64,000 nt of DNA from assembly GCF_009914755.1 (NCBI RefSeq), contig NC_060930.1, one strand, 5' to 3'. The position numbers were made by a program, and so were the translations under genes. A model generated the notes under the pieces. The model searched no databases and was not told the origin of the DNA. It saw only the letters and a program-made list of their open reading frames with translations. How positions within the stretch are numbered: the stretch's first letter is position 1; each line of letters starts with the position of its first letter. The DNA comes from the human T2T-CHM13v2.0 reference genome, Homo sapiens. Positions 1-12,180 of this stretch are shown here, in pieces.

Positions 1-835
1 CTGTCTGATTCTAAAGCTTTTGTTCTTTTCACTCTATAACTGTATTACTTCATCTCTTTTGTTTTAATCAAGATGGGTTTATATTCTTTATTTGAATTTT
101 AATGGGGAAGAAGCTTTATAAGGTATCATTGGAAATGTAGTAGAAAAGAAAAAGAAATTTCTAAGCCTCTCCTTCCATTTATGATTCTTCCGGAAAGCAT
201 TAACAACCAAGAGAATGTCATATTTCAGCCCTCAAAGCAGATTAAAACAAACATTCTCATCAGCTATGGTTTATGTCGCAGCAAAATTTTGTATTGCCCA
301 TAACTAAAATATGCCCCTCCTTTTGATAATGAAGATCCCAGGTCTCACTGTACCCCTCGTATCATTCATCCAATTCTGGCTGGCACTGCTCCATGGCTGC
401 ACTCCCAGAATCAGTACATTCCCAAGCCAAACCATTCTTCTATTTCGTATTATGTCTGCTTTAATGGGGGAAGGAGTCTCAGAGAAAAGGAAACAGATAG
501 AGGCTGTGTAAACACAGCATATCCTAGGCTTCAGAGTGAAGTAATATTAGAGGAAGTTTGAAATTTTGCAAAGTGATAGCAATTATACAGTTTAAGCATA
601 ATTACATGTAAGCATCATATATAATATAAAAGAGAAAGATATTATAAGCAAGTGGCAAAGAAAGATGGAAATAGATATCAGTGCATACACAGGAGAAAAA
701 GAAACGGACCCTCAGAGGATTAATACAATTTCCCCTTTTAGTGGCAAGCACAAGGCAGTTTAATTTCACTTACTTCTCTATTTGACAAGGTTGTTTTTAT
801 GATCTCTTCTATTTATAGCCAAATGTTCTCCAGTG

Positions 836-1003
836 CAGTACTCCTCAAACCTGACTGCATGAAAATCACTAGGAGAGTTTGTTAAAATGCGGATTCTGAC
901 CCAGTAGCTCTGGAGTAAGCCCTGAAGAGACTGTGTTTCTAACAAGCTCGCAGTTAATATCCATGCTGCTGGACAATTTTAGAACCCCATTTGAGAAGCA
1001 AGG
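836..1003. mobile_element. MER5-family hAT-Charlie MITE (MER5A-like)
   Basis: Motifs 'ctcaaac..gcatgaaaatcact..gtttgttaaaatgcggattct..tttctaacaagctc..atgctgctgg..tttgagaagca' follow the MER5A layout. Confidence 0.75.
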
Positions 1004-1371
1004 CTCTTGTTCATAAGACACTATATTGTGGAGTATGAGCGGGGAGAGGAATAAAAAGATCTAGTGCCTTAGAAAATGGAGTTAAAAAGAATATTTACTT
1101 AGTTTGCATTTCTAAGAATTCTCCAATTTTGGGCTATCAGTATTGACATCTTTTATCAGATTTCAGAAACTCGTTATGCTTTCCTTTTTAATATAAACAA
1201 CATTTTTCTTGTTTTGCTGACTTCTAGCATTTGAGACCAGTTAGTTCCTCAAATGTTAAGTCTGTGTTTATGTAACAAAAAATGAATTTAGATTTCTACT
1301 TTCAAGGGTTCAATAGGATTCTTTTTTTCTCTTATGGATGAATCTGTGAAGCCACAAAAATCAAAACCAAC

Positions 1372-1667
1372 TAAGTCATGGTGGTTCATGCCTATAGTCC
1401 CAGCACTTTGGGAGGCTGAGGTGGGAGGATCACTTGAGGCCAGGAGCTGGAAAGCAGCCTGGGCAACATAGTGAGACCCTGTCTCAAAAAAAAAAAATAG
1501 CTGGACATGGTGCTGTGTACCTGGAGTCAAAGCTACTCAGGAAGCTGAGGTGGGAGCATCAGTTGAGCCCAGGGGTTTGAAGCTGCAGTAAGCTATGATC
1601 ACAACACTGCACTCTAAACTGTGCAAAAGAGTGAGACCCTATCTCTAAAAATAAAATAAAAATAAAA
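1372..1667 (+). mobile_element. AluJ, full length
   Basis: Two-arm Alu with middle A-run and (TAAAA)n tail; J-type diagnostics 'gggcaacatagtgagaccctgtctc' and 'gaggatcacttgaggccagg'; heavy CpG decay. Confidence 0.95.
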
Positions 1668-1954
1668 TCAATGTCATTATTTGTATAGTACATACGTCAT
1701 CTGAATCTAAACGGATTTTAAGGCGAAAATACATAAAACACAATTTTAAGGTTTCTTTTCGACAAGCAGTAGTAAGTTTCAGTCTAGCCAGGGGTAACCT
1801 AGTCTAAGAAAATGCTCCATAAATAATTGAGGGACACAGATTTGCTCCTTCTCTTTCAGAAGCTTCTGGCTAGAAAAAAAAATACTGAAATAAGATTTCC
1901 AGTTATAAAGTAAAACAGTATCTTTGTCAGAGATATAGTGAAATAAAGCTTGAT

Positions 1955-2090
1955 TCTTCTCATTTCCCAGATCAGAAAATCAAGGCGCGGAGAGATTAGT
2001 CCACTTGTTTAAGATTGCTGGAGTCATTAGCTCCAGAGGATAAGTCATGAGAATAAAAGCCAGCTCACTGATGCTGAGGCCAGTTCCTTC
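1955..2090 (-). mobile_element. MIR fragment
   Basis: 'ctcatttcccagatcagaaaatcaaggcgcggagagattagtccacttgtttaag' resembles the reverse-complement MIR core. Confidence 0.6.
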
Positions 2091-2186
2091 CTCTCCCTAT
2101 GCTGCCTGCCTGCTTAGGTTTCCACCCAACTTGGCTTTCCTATCCCCTGGACTTCTCACCTTCAGAACTGTCATTGACCCCTTAGA

Positions 2187-2389
2187 ATTTCTGGGCTCAA
2201 GTGGTCCTCCCGCCTCAACATCTTGAGCAGCTGAGACATAGTGCACACCGCCATGCTCCGCCAATTTTCCTTTAGAGGCAGGGTCTCGCTATGTTGCCCA
2301 GGCTACTCTCCAACTCCTGGCCTCAAGTGATCCTCCTGACTCAGCTTTCCAAAGTTCTGGGATTACAGACATGAGCACCATGCCTGACC
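2187..2389 (-). mobile_element. AluJ, partial (left arm plus part of right arm)
   Basis: 'ggtctcgctatgttgcccaggct..ctcctggcctcaagtgatcctcc..ctgggattacagacatgagc'. Confidence 0.9.
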
Positions 2390-4239
2390 TGATTTTCATC
2401 ATTGATATGCTGGAATTTTAGGCAGTTTCTAACTCAGTTTGCCAGTGAGATGTTAAGATTGGTTCTCAGCACAAGTGAATGTCCTGTTTCAATATTTTTG
2501 CCCAGATCCACTGGTATATTATTAATAATAAACTTCATTTGCTCTCTTATAACTCCTATCATGTATGAATAACTTTTGAGAAATCTAGTCTTAGAACTCT
2601 AATCTTCCCCTGCTACCCCAATTTCCTTTCCTTTGGCCATTCCCAATCCCAACTCCCTGAAGCCCATGATCCTGCCTCACACAGCTCAGTTACTCAGAAA
2701 GTGATGAAGGAAGGGAAAAGTGAACTGTCTTTTCTTAGAGAACCTTGGCCCATTCACAACACAAGCATTTGTTCTATCCTTCACAGCTAGGATGATCAAA
2801 TGATTCATAGTCTACATCAGGAAACTTTTGAAAATGACAGGAGCAAGGTTAAAACTAGGCCAGGGTTACAGGCATAAATTAGGACTGTGCTAGGCATATT
2901 GTAACATGGCCAACCTAAAAATGGCTACACAGGGCACTCCACGAACTCCTCTAAGATTTCACTGGAAAAGGCATTGAATGCCGGGAAGTTTAGTGGACCC
3001 TGAACAGTAATCTATGCGTGAAATGTGATGTACAGCCCCTAGAAGTTCCACTACATTGTAACTTTCAGGTGTCAATTGATTTAACAACTTTTAAGATCTC
3101 AAATTATAATGAACACATGCAGAGATATGCACAAAGCAACAGAGTAAAGAAAAAGATGAGATATATTAATATTAATTTTTTTTTGTTTTTGCTTCCAGCT
3201 GACTTAAAACCTCTAACTGTTTGTTGGATATAAAACATTTTTTGTGTTTGCAGAACACTTACATCAGAAACCAGTGTTGATCAAAAGGAGAAATCCAGTT
3301 TATTTTTAATTACCATTGGCTCCCTACTCCCGTTCTTTGTTTAAGAGCCAAGTTCAGTTTAATTTAAAAAGGAAAGCAAGGCTAAGAAGTGATAAATTGT
3401 ACACTCTAAGAAGATATTAAAATACTCTTATTTCATAACACATTTTAAAATCTGGAAGCGCCATGTACAGTGACATCTAATTCCCTCATGGAATGCAACA
3501 ACACAGAGAATGGGGTATTGTATCATCTTAAGCTGCCTTGTAGATGCTATATCTAAAATATTTTCCCATTTGTTTTTTCACAACTCCAATCTTTGTCTCC
3601 AATAGTCTCCTAATTCTTAGTCCCCTTGAATTTACTTGCAGCCCTTGTTATTTTTTGCAAATGCTTCTCTGAACCTGTATCTCCGCAGTACAGAACGTTT
3701 CAAGGGCCCCCAATAAGGAAACTACAAAATATTTAACCCAATTTACAAATCCCTACATCATCTATGCCTCCAGACTTATCGCCGAGAAAGCAATGGGCTT
3801 GCATTTGTTGAATGATTCTAACCAAAGATTAAAAAGACATGCCAAGCCTTTCTCTCAAGTGACTTACTTTCTTTGAAAAGGTAGTTAAAACACTAGCGTT
3901 GGGATGGACTGAGATATCCCAAGAGCTGATTGGAGAATAGTTTTTATTTCTGTTTTGCTGAGCTCATGGTAATTGGGGAAGCAAACAGGAGGAAGTAAGA
4001 GGGGACTGAAATTGTTTTAGTCTAGGAAGCAGGTGGAGGAACTGGGTTCCAAGCTGTGGAGAAGAGCCGAAACCTGGAGGAGTGGAAATGAAACAAAAAT
4101 GAAAACGGAGCAGAGAGACCAAGATTGGAAGAGAGCTTTCCGAACTATTTTCAAATCTCTTTCAGGTTGTAAGAGCTCATTTCATCAAAAGAAGACTTAT
4201 GTTTGATGTTTGGTGCCATAGATGTGGACCCTTTGACTC

Positions 4240-4402
4240 AGTGATTCTCAATCTTGGCTGTACATTGAAATCACAAAGACATTTATAAGATGATAATTTG
4301 CAGCACTCACCTCTGGATGTTCTGATTTAACAGTTTTAGGTGGGGCTGAAAAGTGTAGTGTTTAAAAGCTTTCCCCTCCCCGCCCCCACCACCAGGTGAC
4401 TC
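4240..4402. mobile_element. MER5B-like MITE
   Basis: 'cagtgattctcaatcttggctgtacattgaaatcac..ttctgatttaa..ggtggggc..ttaaaagct..ccaggtgactct'. Confidence 0.7.
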
Positions 4403-5562
4403 TTGTGAAGATGAAAGGAGATTATCCATGTGACTGCACTTTACACAGGACTCTCTAAAGGTTGATCTTATTGATAGGATCCTATCTTATTGATAGGATT
4501 ACTAAATCAGTGGCCACTGTATTTCAAAGCAAATGAGAGAAAAAGCACAGTTATGGACTCCGCTAGGGCCTAAGCTCTGTTCATAATAACTTTTTCAACT
4601 AAATCTTGAAGTCCAAGTTAGGTAAAGAATAGGGTCAAGCAGCCCAGGAGAAGGAAGAGCATACACAAAGGCACAAAGGTGAGAAATAGCATATTCTGTG
4701 CAGAATGCATTTAATTTTCTGATTTATTCAACAACCATTTATTGCATACTTAATCCATGCTTCACACTGTCCTATTCAGTGGGGGCATAAAAGTGACTGA
4801 CAAGAAATTTACAAACTAAAGTGGATTTGACACAGCAAGGCTGTCTTCTCCTCTGGAGTGCTTGCAATGGTGTGTTGGTCAAGTTGAACTTTAAAGGAAC
4901 CTTTAGGAGCAAACAAAGGGCAGGACCTTCCTGTGGTGAACTCATGCCTCAGCTAATTCAGAGTCAAAGACTGAATGTCAGGAAGAAAGGACTTAAAAGT
5001 CCAGTGTGATCAGCTTCACAAGAGAAAAGTACATGAGTAAGGGTCTCATATACATCCTCTTATTGGCACACTGCAAAGTCTCTGCAATATGAAACAGCAT
5101 TATTATTATTATTATTATTGGCTCTTCAAAGCAAATGTTAGTAAATCGAGAAAAAAATATTTTAATACCTAGTAAGTATTAATCCCACAGAAACTATAAA
5201 ATGCATTTAATATTAATGTATTAAGATTTAAACCTTTATTCACATCTTCATATGTGCAGTGACCCAGTTCATCCAAGTTTTAGTAGTTGTCTGAAACTCT
5301 TTGTAGAAAGATACATAAATTCACAAACACATATACAGGATTATTGAGATTGTAACTCTTCCCAGACATGTTTTTTTCACTAAAAATTTTCCACATTTCT
5401 AAGAAATATGTGTATGAATCAAGAGTAACTTACCAAGGCAGCCCAGGGAGAACCAGGACCAAGGACAAGAGACCCCTGGGCACTGAGGGTGTTCCATAAA
5501 GTGGCAGGAGTTGAGAGGTGAAGCTGGAGACTCAAAAACCAACTACAACACAGAAATTGGTG

Positions 5563-5733
5563 CAGTGATTTGCAAATATGGTCCTAGAACCAGCTATGTC
5601 AGCATCACCGGGAACTTGATAGAAATGCAAATTGTCAGGCCAGGATATATATTGAGCCAGACCCCTTGAGGGTAGGATCCAATAATGTGTGCTTTAACAA
5701 ACCCTCCAAGTGACTTGATGGTTGAGAACCACT
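5563..5733. mobile_element. MER5A MITE
   Basis: 'cagtg..gaaccagc..cagcatcaccgggaacttgatagaaatgcaaatt..tttaacaaaccctccaagtga..ttgagaaccact'. Confidence 0.85.
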
Positions 5734-5737
5734 AGAT

Positions 5738-6313
5738 TAGTGGTCCCCACTCCTGGCTACTTATTGAATCTATTTAAGGACTATGTTAGTTTTCTAGGGT
5801 GGCCATGACAAATACCACAGACTGGGAAGCTTAAATGAAAATTATTTTCTCACAGTTCTGAAGAATAGGAGTCTGAGATTAAAGTGTTCACAGGGCGGGT
5901 TTCTTCTGAAGCCTCTCTTCTTGGTTTATAGACAGCTGTCTTCTCACTGTCTTCACATGACATTTCTTCCACGTGTCTGTCTCTGTGTCCTAATTTCCTC
6001 TTCTTAGAAGGACATCAGTCAGATTAGGGCCTACCCTAATAACCTCATTCTAACTTAATTACCTCTTTAAATATGCTATCTCCAAATACAGTCACATTCT
6101 GAGGCCCTGGGGGTTAGGACTTCAATATATGAATTTTAGGGGTGTTATGAGGTAACACCCTAAATAGCTCAGATCATAACAAGAACCTTTCATTTAGAAA
6201 TATCAATATCACATGAGACCAACTGACTCTCAATTCTTAAGGGTGGGGCCCTGGCATAAGTATTTCTTAAAAGCTCTCTTGTGAGTCATATGTGTAGCAG
6301 GGCTGAGAATCAG
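5738..6313. mobile_element. MER5B-like MITE split by an MLT1 LTR (pieces ~5738-5781 and ~6182-6313)
   Basis: 'tagtggtccccactcctggctac..gaatc' before the LTR; 'ggtggggccctggcataagtatttcttaaaagctc..gtgagtcatatgtgtagcagggctgagaatc' after it. Confidence 0.6.
5782..6181 (-). mobile_element. MaLR solo LTR (MLT1A/MLT1B-like)
   Basis: 'ttagttttctagggtggccatgacaaataccacagactggg..ctcacagttctg..tctccaaatacagtcacattctgagg..ggacttcaatatatgaattt..cataaca'; near-TSD aggac/agaac. Confidence 0.9.
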
Positions 6314-8230
6314 GCTATAATGGGTAAAAGGCCAAACAGTTGGGCACATGGCAGGAGATGTAGCCATCAGTGGCCACATGCTGCCCAGTAAGGCAGGTAG
6401 ACCCTACCAGGAATAGAGGGTGCTATGAGGTAGCAGGAACCCAACCATGAGAAGTCTGGCTTAGGACAGCATATTCAGCTAAGCCCTAAAGCAAGAGTGA
6501 AGAGACTGAGAATTCAGGTAATAGCATAGAGGTGTGTGAGACAGCCAGTTTATAAGACACCAACATCGGAACGAGTGTGAAAGATTAGAACTCAGCTGTA
6601 ATCCACAGAGCTGATTTGACTCTGGTGGCACAGGTTTGTGCCAGGGTCTCCTGGCCAGGAAGCTGTTGCCAGGGCCAGAGGATATAGCTGCAGAAACCCA
6701 AGAGATGGCAGTGAAGGAATTCAGAGGGCATCTGAGGCTTTTACAAGACATCCTACCTTTTAATATCTCGAATACACATATCTCTTTATAGTGTTTTATA
6801 AAGAAAGAAAACAAGACAAACAGCAATAACAAAACCACTGCCCTGAAGGTAAAATGTATTTACGGTCTTAGGAGGCTGTGTGAGGAGCTATCCTATTCCT
6901 AGTGAGTTCCTGGACTTTATTTTCTGGGGGTGTTGAGGAGTCTCAAAGAGTAACTCATTAAACGTCTAACCACTTTTGTCTGGTCAAAGCCAATAATCTC
7001 TGCTTTGTTATCCTTCAGAGAGAGGAAGCCAGTTGTGTTCAAATTGTCATTATTAGCTCCATTTCCAACACCACAAAAATTAAAGGACTGTTGCAAAGAA
7101 ACAAATGGAATCCAGGAAGAACACACAATCTCTTTGAAACCTCCTCACCCCTATCCACCCACCTGGCCCAGAGATGGAGGAATTACAGGGAACCCAGCTG
7201 AGTAATAATGTTGTTGATTCCCTGCTAATCGGATTTTTCTTGAGTCCAGCAACAGTCAAGTGTTTACAAGACTTCTCTTTTCAAAACAACTCAAAAGACA
7301 CTCCCAGCAGAGAAGCTAGAAACGAGCAAATCAATAATGTAGGAACTGCTACTAAGGGTTTTCATCTGCCCAGCAAGGAGAATATTTATTTATAGAAAAA
7401 CTGGCCACTCCAGTTTAGTGTGGTAATAACATGGTGCAGCTAGTTCAAAGAGTGGCATGGTTGAACACAGCCTTGTATTATGCCCACCGTAAATGGTCTC
7501 TATGAGGAAAGGCCTATAATTTAGAAAGATTTGCCATGGATGGTAAAGCCCGGGTCATTGTAACAGATACTTTTTACCAACTCTATTTGTGGAGAGGGCA
7601 TGTAAAAAGGAAGGAAAAAGGTTAGCTTCAGGAAACCTGGAAGGAGAAAGTGAGCCTCATTTGGTTTTACCTACATGAGAGCTATCTTACACCCAACCTG
7701 AAGCCTTCCTTGATGGTTGGAGATAAATTTATTAGAAAGGCACAGAATTTTTTACGTGCAATATATATGTTTTGTTCCCTAAAGAATCATTTCTCCACTG
7801 TCCTGCTTATACATTCTCTCTCTTTACCTGCTCCTTGAATGCTGAGGAAAAATGATGTACTCTTCAATTGCATTTTTATATTAGGGTATGTCATTGGGTG
7901 GAAGTCAGAAAACACTGACTCAAAATGTCAAGCTCTTCTCCAGGGAATTCCCTGGGGCATGGCTCCGTTGACCTTCTGTTGTTTATCCAATCAATCTTTG
8001 TCATCGCTACTGGAAAAGCAGGAGGTGCAGATTGTAGATCTGGCTGCTTCAAAGCCAGTCTCTGAAGATGCATGTAACAATTTCTTTGACCTATTTTTTT
8101 AATCATCAGGTAAATATCCTGTCAGGAATTAGGAATTGTACATCTGAACTTATCTCTCTGTGTCTGCCTATCATTGTCATTTCAGTTTTTATCAGCCAGC
8201 TGTGATGCAGTCCCAAAGGTGACATTTGTA

Positions 8231-8647
8231 CAGTGGTATGCTGGTAAAGATTTAAAACTGGCTCTCTGGGGAAAATAGGACTGATTTGTATTGTTTGACA
8301 ATTTCCTTGGTGTAAATACTTCCACATGGCTCATTTCAAGCTATCAACATGAAGTTCTTGGAAGCAAAGTTGGGAAGAGATACACCATTATGTAGTATTT
8401 CCAGAACACAGATACAGTTGAAGGAAAAAATCCCAGGAGTATACGTAATAATAAAATGTAGTAAAATAAGCAGTAAGTGATAAGTTTTGAGCATTTTTGA
8501 CCTTGTTTTCAATAAAATTTACATAACTGTAAGTTTATATAATTTAGTTTTTTAAATGGTTGTGTTTATCATCCATCTTTACAAAATTCCTGAAAATCTA
8601 AGATTGGCTTACATGAGCCAATAGTAGCCAGTTTCAGCACACAACTG
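8231..8647 (-). mobile_element. MER63-like hAT-Blackjack MITE
   Basis: Terminal inverted repeats cagtggtatgctgg...tcagcacacaactg; internal 'ggtgtaaatacttccacatggc..atttcaagct..gttgggaagagat..aaaattcctgaaaat' match MER63. Confidence 0.85.
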
Positions 8648-9077
8648 GTCCTCTGGAAGGTGAAGCCCAGATTTATGAATTAAAGGAGAACCCAGGCACA
8701 ACATCAAGCATTAGATACTGTGAAAACCCTGAGCCTGTGAGCAGAGAAGAGGCTGATCAAATGGCACTATAGGCTTGAGGAATAAACACAAAACCACATT
8801 TCCAAATTCCAGCCTGTAGGGCAGAGGTCACCAATTAGGGGGCTGAAAAATATCTTTTGCTGGGGAGTTCTGATCCCACTGGGCCAGCTTGTGCATTTAG
8901 CACTGCAGAAATCAGCTGGATCTGAGAGGTAGCTGCCACCTTAGGGTAAGATTTGTGAACTCTGATTTACAACTCTCCAAACCTCTCTTTCCATGGCTTG
9001 TTGCATTCATTTTCATTGCCTCTGAAGGCAGGAGTGCTTCCAAATCAGCGCTTAGCCAAGTACACCCCTTCAAGAAG

Positions 9078-9912
9078 CCTCGTGGCTTTAAGTGACAGCT
9101 ACATGCTGATGCATCCCTCCCCTGAACTGGAGACTCCAGTATCTAATAGCCACTGCCTATTCAGCATCTCTCCTTGAACATTTAACAGGCAGCTCAAACC
9201 TAACGTGTTCAAAAGTGAACTGCCCCGTCACTGTGTTCACCAAGTCAGAAAACGGCTACTCCATCCTTCCAGTTTCCTGGCCAAGAGTCATGGCCTCATC
9301 TTTGACACCTCTTTCTCTCTGTCCCACATTCTATCTGGGGGCAAATCTTGTCATCTCTGCCTTCAAAATACATCCAGAAGCTGACCTTTTCACCACATCC
9401 AACACAGCTTTTATAATCTCTCCCCTTCATTATTGCAATAGCATCCTAGCCGGTCTCTGTTTCTGGACTTGCCCACCTACTGCCCATTCTTACAACAGCT
9501 ACCACGAGCCTTTTACAACTTAATTCCAGTCACTTATTTTCTCTGGGGAAATAACTCAATGTCTCCCTATTTCACTTAGAGTAAAAGCCAGAGTCCTTAG
9601 GCCTTTGATTCTACTGTTCCCTAAGAAATGTTCTTTCCCCAGATATTCTCACGGCCTCCTTTCCCATCCATTAAGCCTTTTCTGAATGTCATCTCTTCAC
9701 CTGTCTTCAGAATTGTAACCTCCATCCAAATCTCCTTTGGCTTTCTTCTCCATTGCACTTATCACTAGACTGTACATTTTACTTTTTTTCTTCCTGGAAG
9801 AAGTTAAGCTTCCTGAGGGTAGAGATTTCTGTTTTGTTCACTGCTGTATCCCCAGCACCTAGAAACAATGCCCAGCATGGTGGGTCTCAGCTATCAGTTG
9901 GATAAATGGATA
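9078..9912 (+). mobile_element. L2 (L2a-like) 3' region
   Basis: 'catctttgacacctctttctc', 'cttcaaaatacatccagaa', 'tattgcaatagcatccta', and terminal 'ttcactgctgtatccccagcacctaga'. Confidence 0.85.
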
Positions 9913-10689
9913 CCAACCCATAGAAAATGAAGTTATTTCAAACACAATTTGGAAGGTGTGGTAGGATGGGAGAGGAGGTAGGGAGAAGGGAGTTAGGGGA
10001 GTCATAGGAAAATGGAACATTTCAACTGGACAACTCAGAATCTAGCCTCTTCAGGTTTCTCGCTGAGAATCAGTGAAGGGTGTGGAATTTTAGAAAATTC
10101 CAGCACTTCTGATATGGAATAGGGGCATATATAAAGGCAGGCTGTGTGCTTTCCTAAAAAGAACAATACTTTTAAGTGAGATAAACGTCGTTCTGCTCCT
10201 GTCATTATTTTCTTGGGTATATAATTTAATCCCTCTAAGCCTCTCCTGGTTCTCCTTTCATTGAATTCTTCCCCTTTTAGGCAGCTGGCTTCTGTGCCAT
10301 CTTTTACTCCCTTGATCTCTTAAAGGCTGTGCCTAGCAGCCTTTCTACCACCCTCTTCTCTTCTGACTCTAGCCGGATATAACCACACTTTTCACCTTCC
10401 TGATTTCACTCACGCTACTCCCTTAGCCTGAAGAAAACAGACAAATTCAGACAGAGAAAACAGTGCAAACTCAAGTCTCCTCTGTTCAGCTCAAATTGCC
10501 TTGTGTTCACATGATCCCATCTCACCCACCTCCCTCACAACTGCAAGATGTCATGGGACAAGTGTAAGCCTTAGAGGAAAAACTGAACTTATCACAGGAT
10601 CATCATTTCACAGCCATGTTAACTTGAATCAGTCCCTTAAACTGTATAAGCTTCTGTTTCTCTAAGTGAAAAATGAGCAGGCAGCCAGG

Positions 10690-10915
10690 CATCCTGGCTC
10701 TAGCAATAGACTCCTTGGGTCATATCACAGCTCTGCTACTTTTAGCTGGGTGAAAGGGCAAATTCATGTCTCCAAGCCTTGAAGTCTTCCTTGATGAAAG
10801 TATGAATAATGAGGCCCACTTCATAAGGTTGCTGTACAGATTTGATGAGATGTAAAACCCTGATACACTGCCTGGCACATAGGAAGCCCTCGATTCAGGT
10901 CAATTATTACAATTA
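10690..10915 (+). mobile_element. MIR
   Basis: 'cagctctgctact..tagctgggtga..cttcataaggttgctgt..tgcctggcacatagg'. Confidence 0.75.
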
Positions 10916-10959
10916 TTATTATGGGGTCACTGTAAATACCCATGAGCTAATGTCCATGT

Positions 10960-11356
10960 CCTGGACAGCCTCTGTTTGTCCCTCTATATCCACTCTGCCC
11001 CAGCCTTCTTCCCCCAACTCGGGCCCCATGAAGCTCAGTTGGAGGGCCTCCATCAACGCTCCTTCATCCTTGGGCTTCTGTTTGCGCAAATGGAGGCACT
11101 AGCAGGAGATGTGCTCCCTCCCTGGGAAGCTCCGTGGTTCCTGTCAAATGACTTTCTCCACAGGATGCCCTACGCACTGTATATATTGTCTGGGGACGAG
11201 TAACCAGTCCCTCCTCTTGGTAGTGATGTCCTGCTATTACTAGCTCTGGGATATTATATTATCTTGGTTTTGCTTCACTGTGGTGACTCCCTTATAAATA
11301 GTTTCTTTATTGAACTCTACTCTATGTGAGCATGCGAACTGCTTCCTGACTGACAC
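10960..11356 (+). mobile_element. ERVL solo LTR (LTR33-like)
   Basis: 'catcaacgctcc..ggcttctg..aatggaggcactagcaggagat..ctattactagc..taaatagtttctttattgaactct..ttcctgactgaca' follow the LTR33 layout. Confidence 0.6.
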
Positions 11357-11500
11357 CCAGTTGATAGAGTGTACATTAGAGTACTTTGTGAAGTTACAAC
11401 ACACACCTTTCACCTATGTGCTTATTTGTCCCTACATCCCTAGCAACTGGCAGCGTCAAGCACATGAGGAAAAAAAACAAAACAAAACAAAAAAACACTG

Positions 11501-11801
11501 GGTTGGGCGCGTTGGGTCACACCTGTAATCTCAGCCCTTTGGGAAGGTAGATCTCTTGAGTCCAGGAGCTTGAGACCAGCCTGGGCAACATGGTGAAACC
11601 CCGTCTATACAAAAAAAAAAAAAAAAATACGAAAATTAGTGGGCAGCATGGTGGTGCACATCTGTAGTCCCAGCTACTTGAGAGGCTGAGGTGGGAGGAT
11701 GTCTTGAGCCTAGGAGGCAGAAGTTGTAAAGAGTTGAGATCACACCTTTGCACTCCAACCTGGGTGACAGTGCAAAACACTGTCTCAAAAAAAAAAAAAA
11801 A
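11501..11801 (+). mobile_element. AluJ (Jb-like) with degenerate TSD aaaaaa(c)cactg
   Basis: Full dimer with poly(A); flanks 'aaaaaaacactg' and 'aaaaaaaccactg'. Confidence 0.95.
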
Positions 11802-11825
11802 CCACTGTTCAAGTTTTTAAAAAAT

Positions 11826-12180
11826 ACACTGCCTTGAATGTGTCCTCCAAAACTCATGCTGAAATTTAATTGTCATTGTGGCAGTATTAAGAGGTGGGAT
11901 CTTTTAAAGGTGATACAGTCTTAAAGACTCTGCCCTCATGAATGGATTAATCACAGAAATGGGTTTGTTATCATGAGGGTTCAGCCCCTACTCTCCCTGA
12001 GTCTCGCTTGCTGGCTTGTTCTTCCTTTCACTTTGCACCATGGGATAACCCTTGCCAGATGTCCGGCACCATTATCATGGACTTTCCAGCTTCCAGAACA
12101 ATTAGTCAAATAATATATTTTCTTTATAAACTGCCCAGTCTGTAGTATTCTGTTACAGCAGCAGAAAATAGTCTAAAACA
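11826..12180 (+). mobile_element. MaLR solo LTR (MST family)
   Basis: 'ttgaatgtgtctccaaaactcatgctgaaatttaat..ctctgccctcatgaatggattaat..gactttccagcttccagaac..tattctgttacagcagcagaaaatagtctaaaaca'. Confidence 0.85.
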
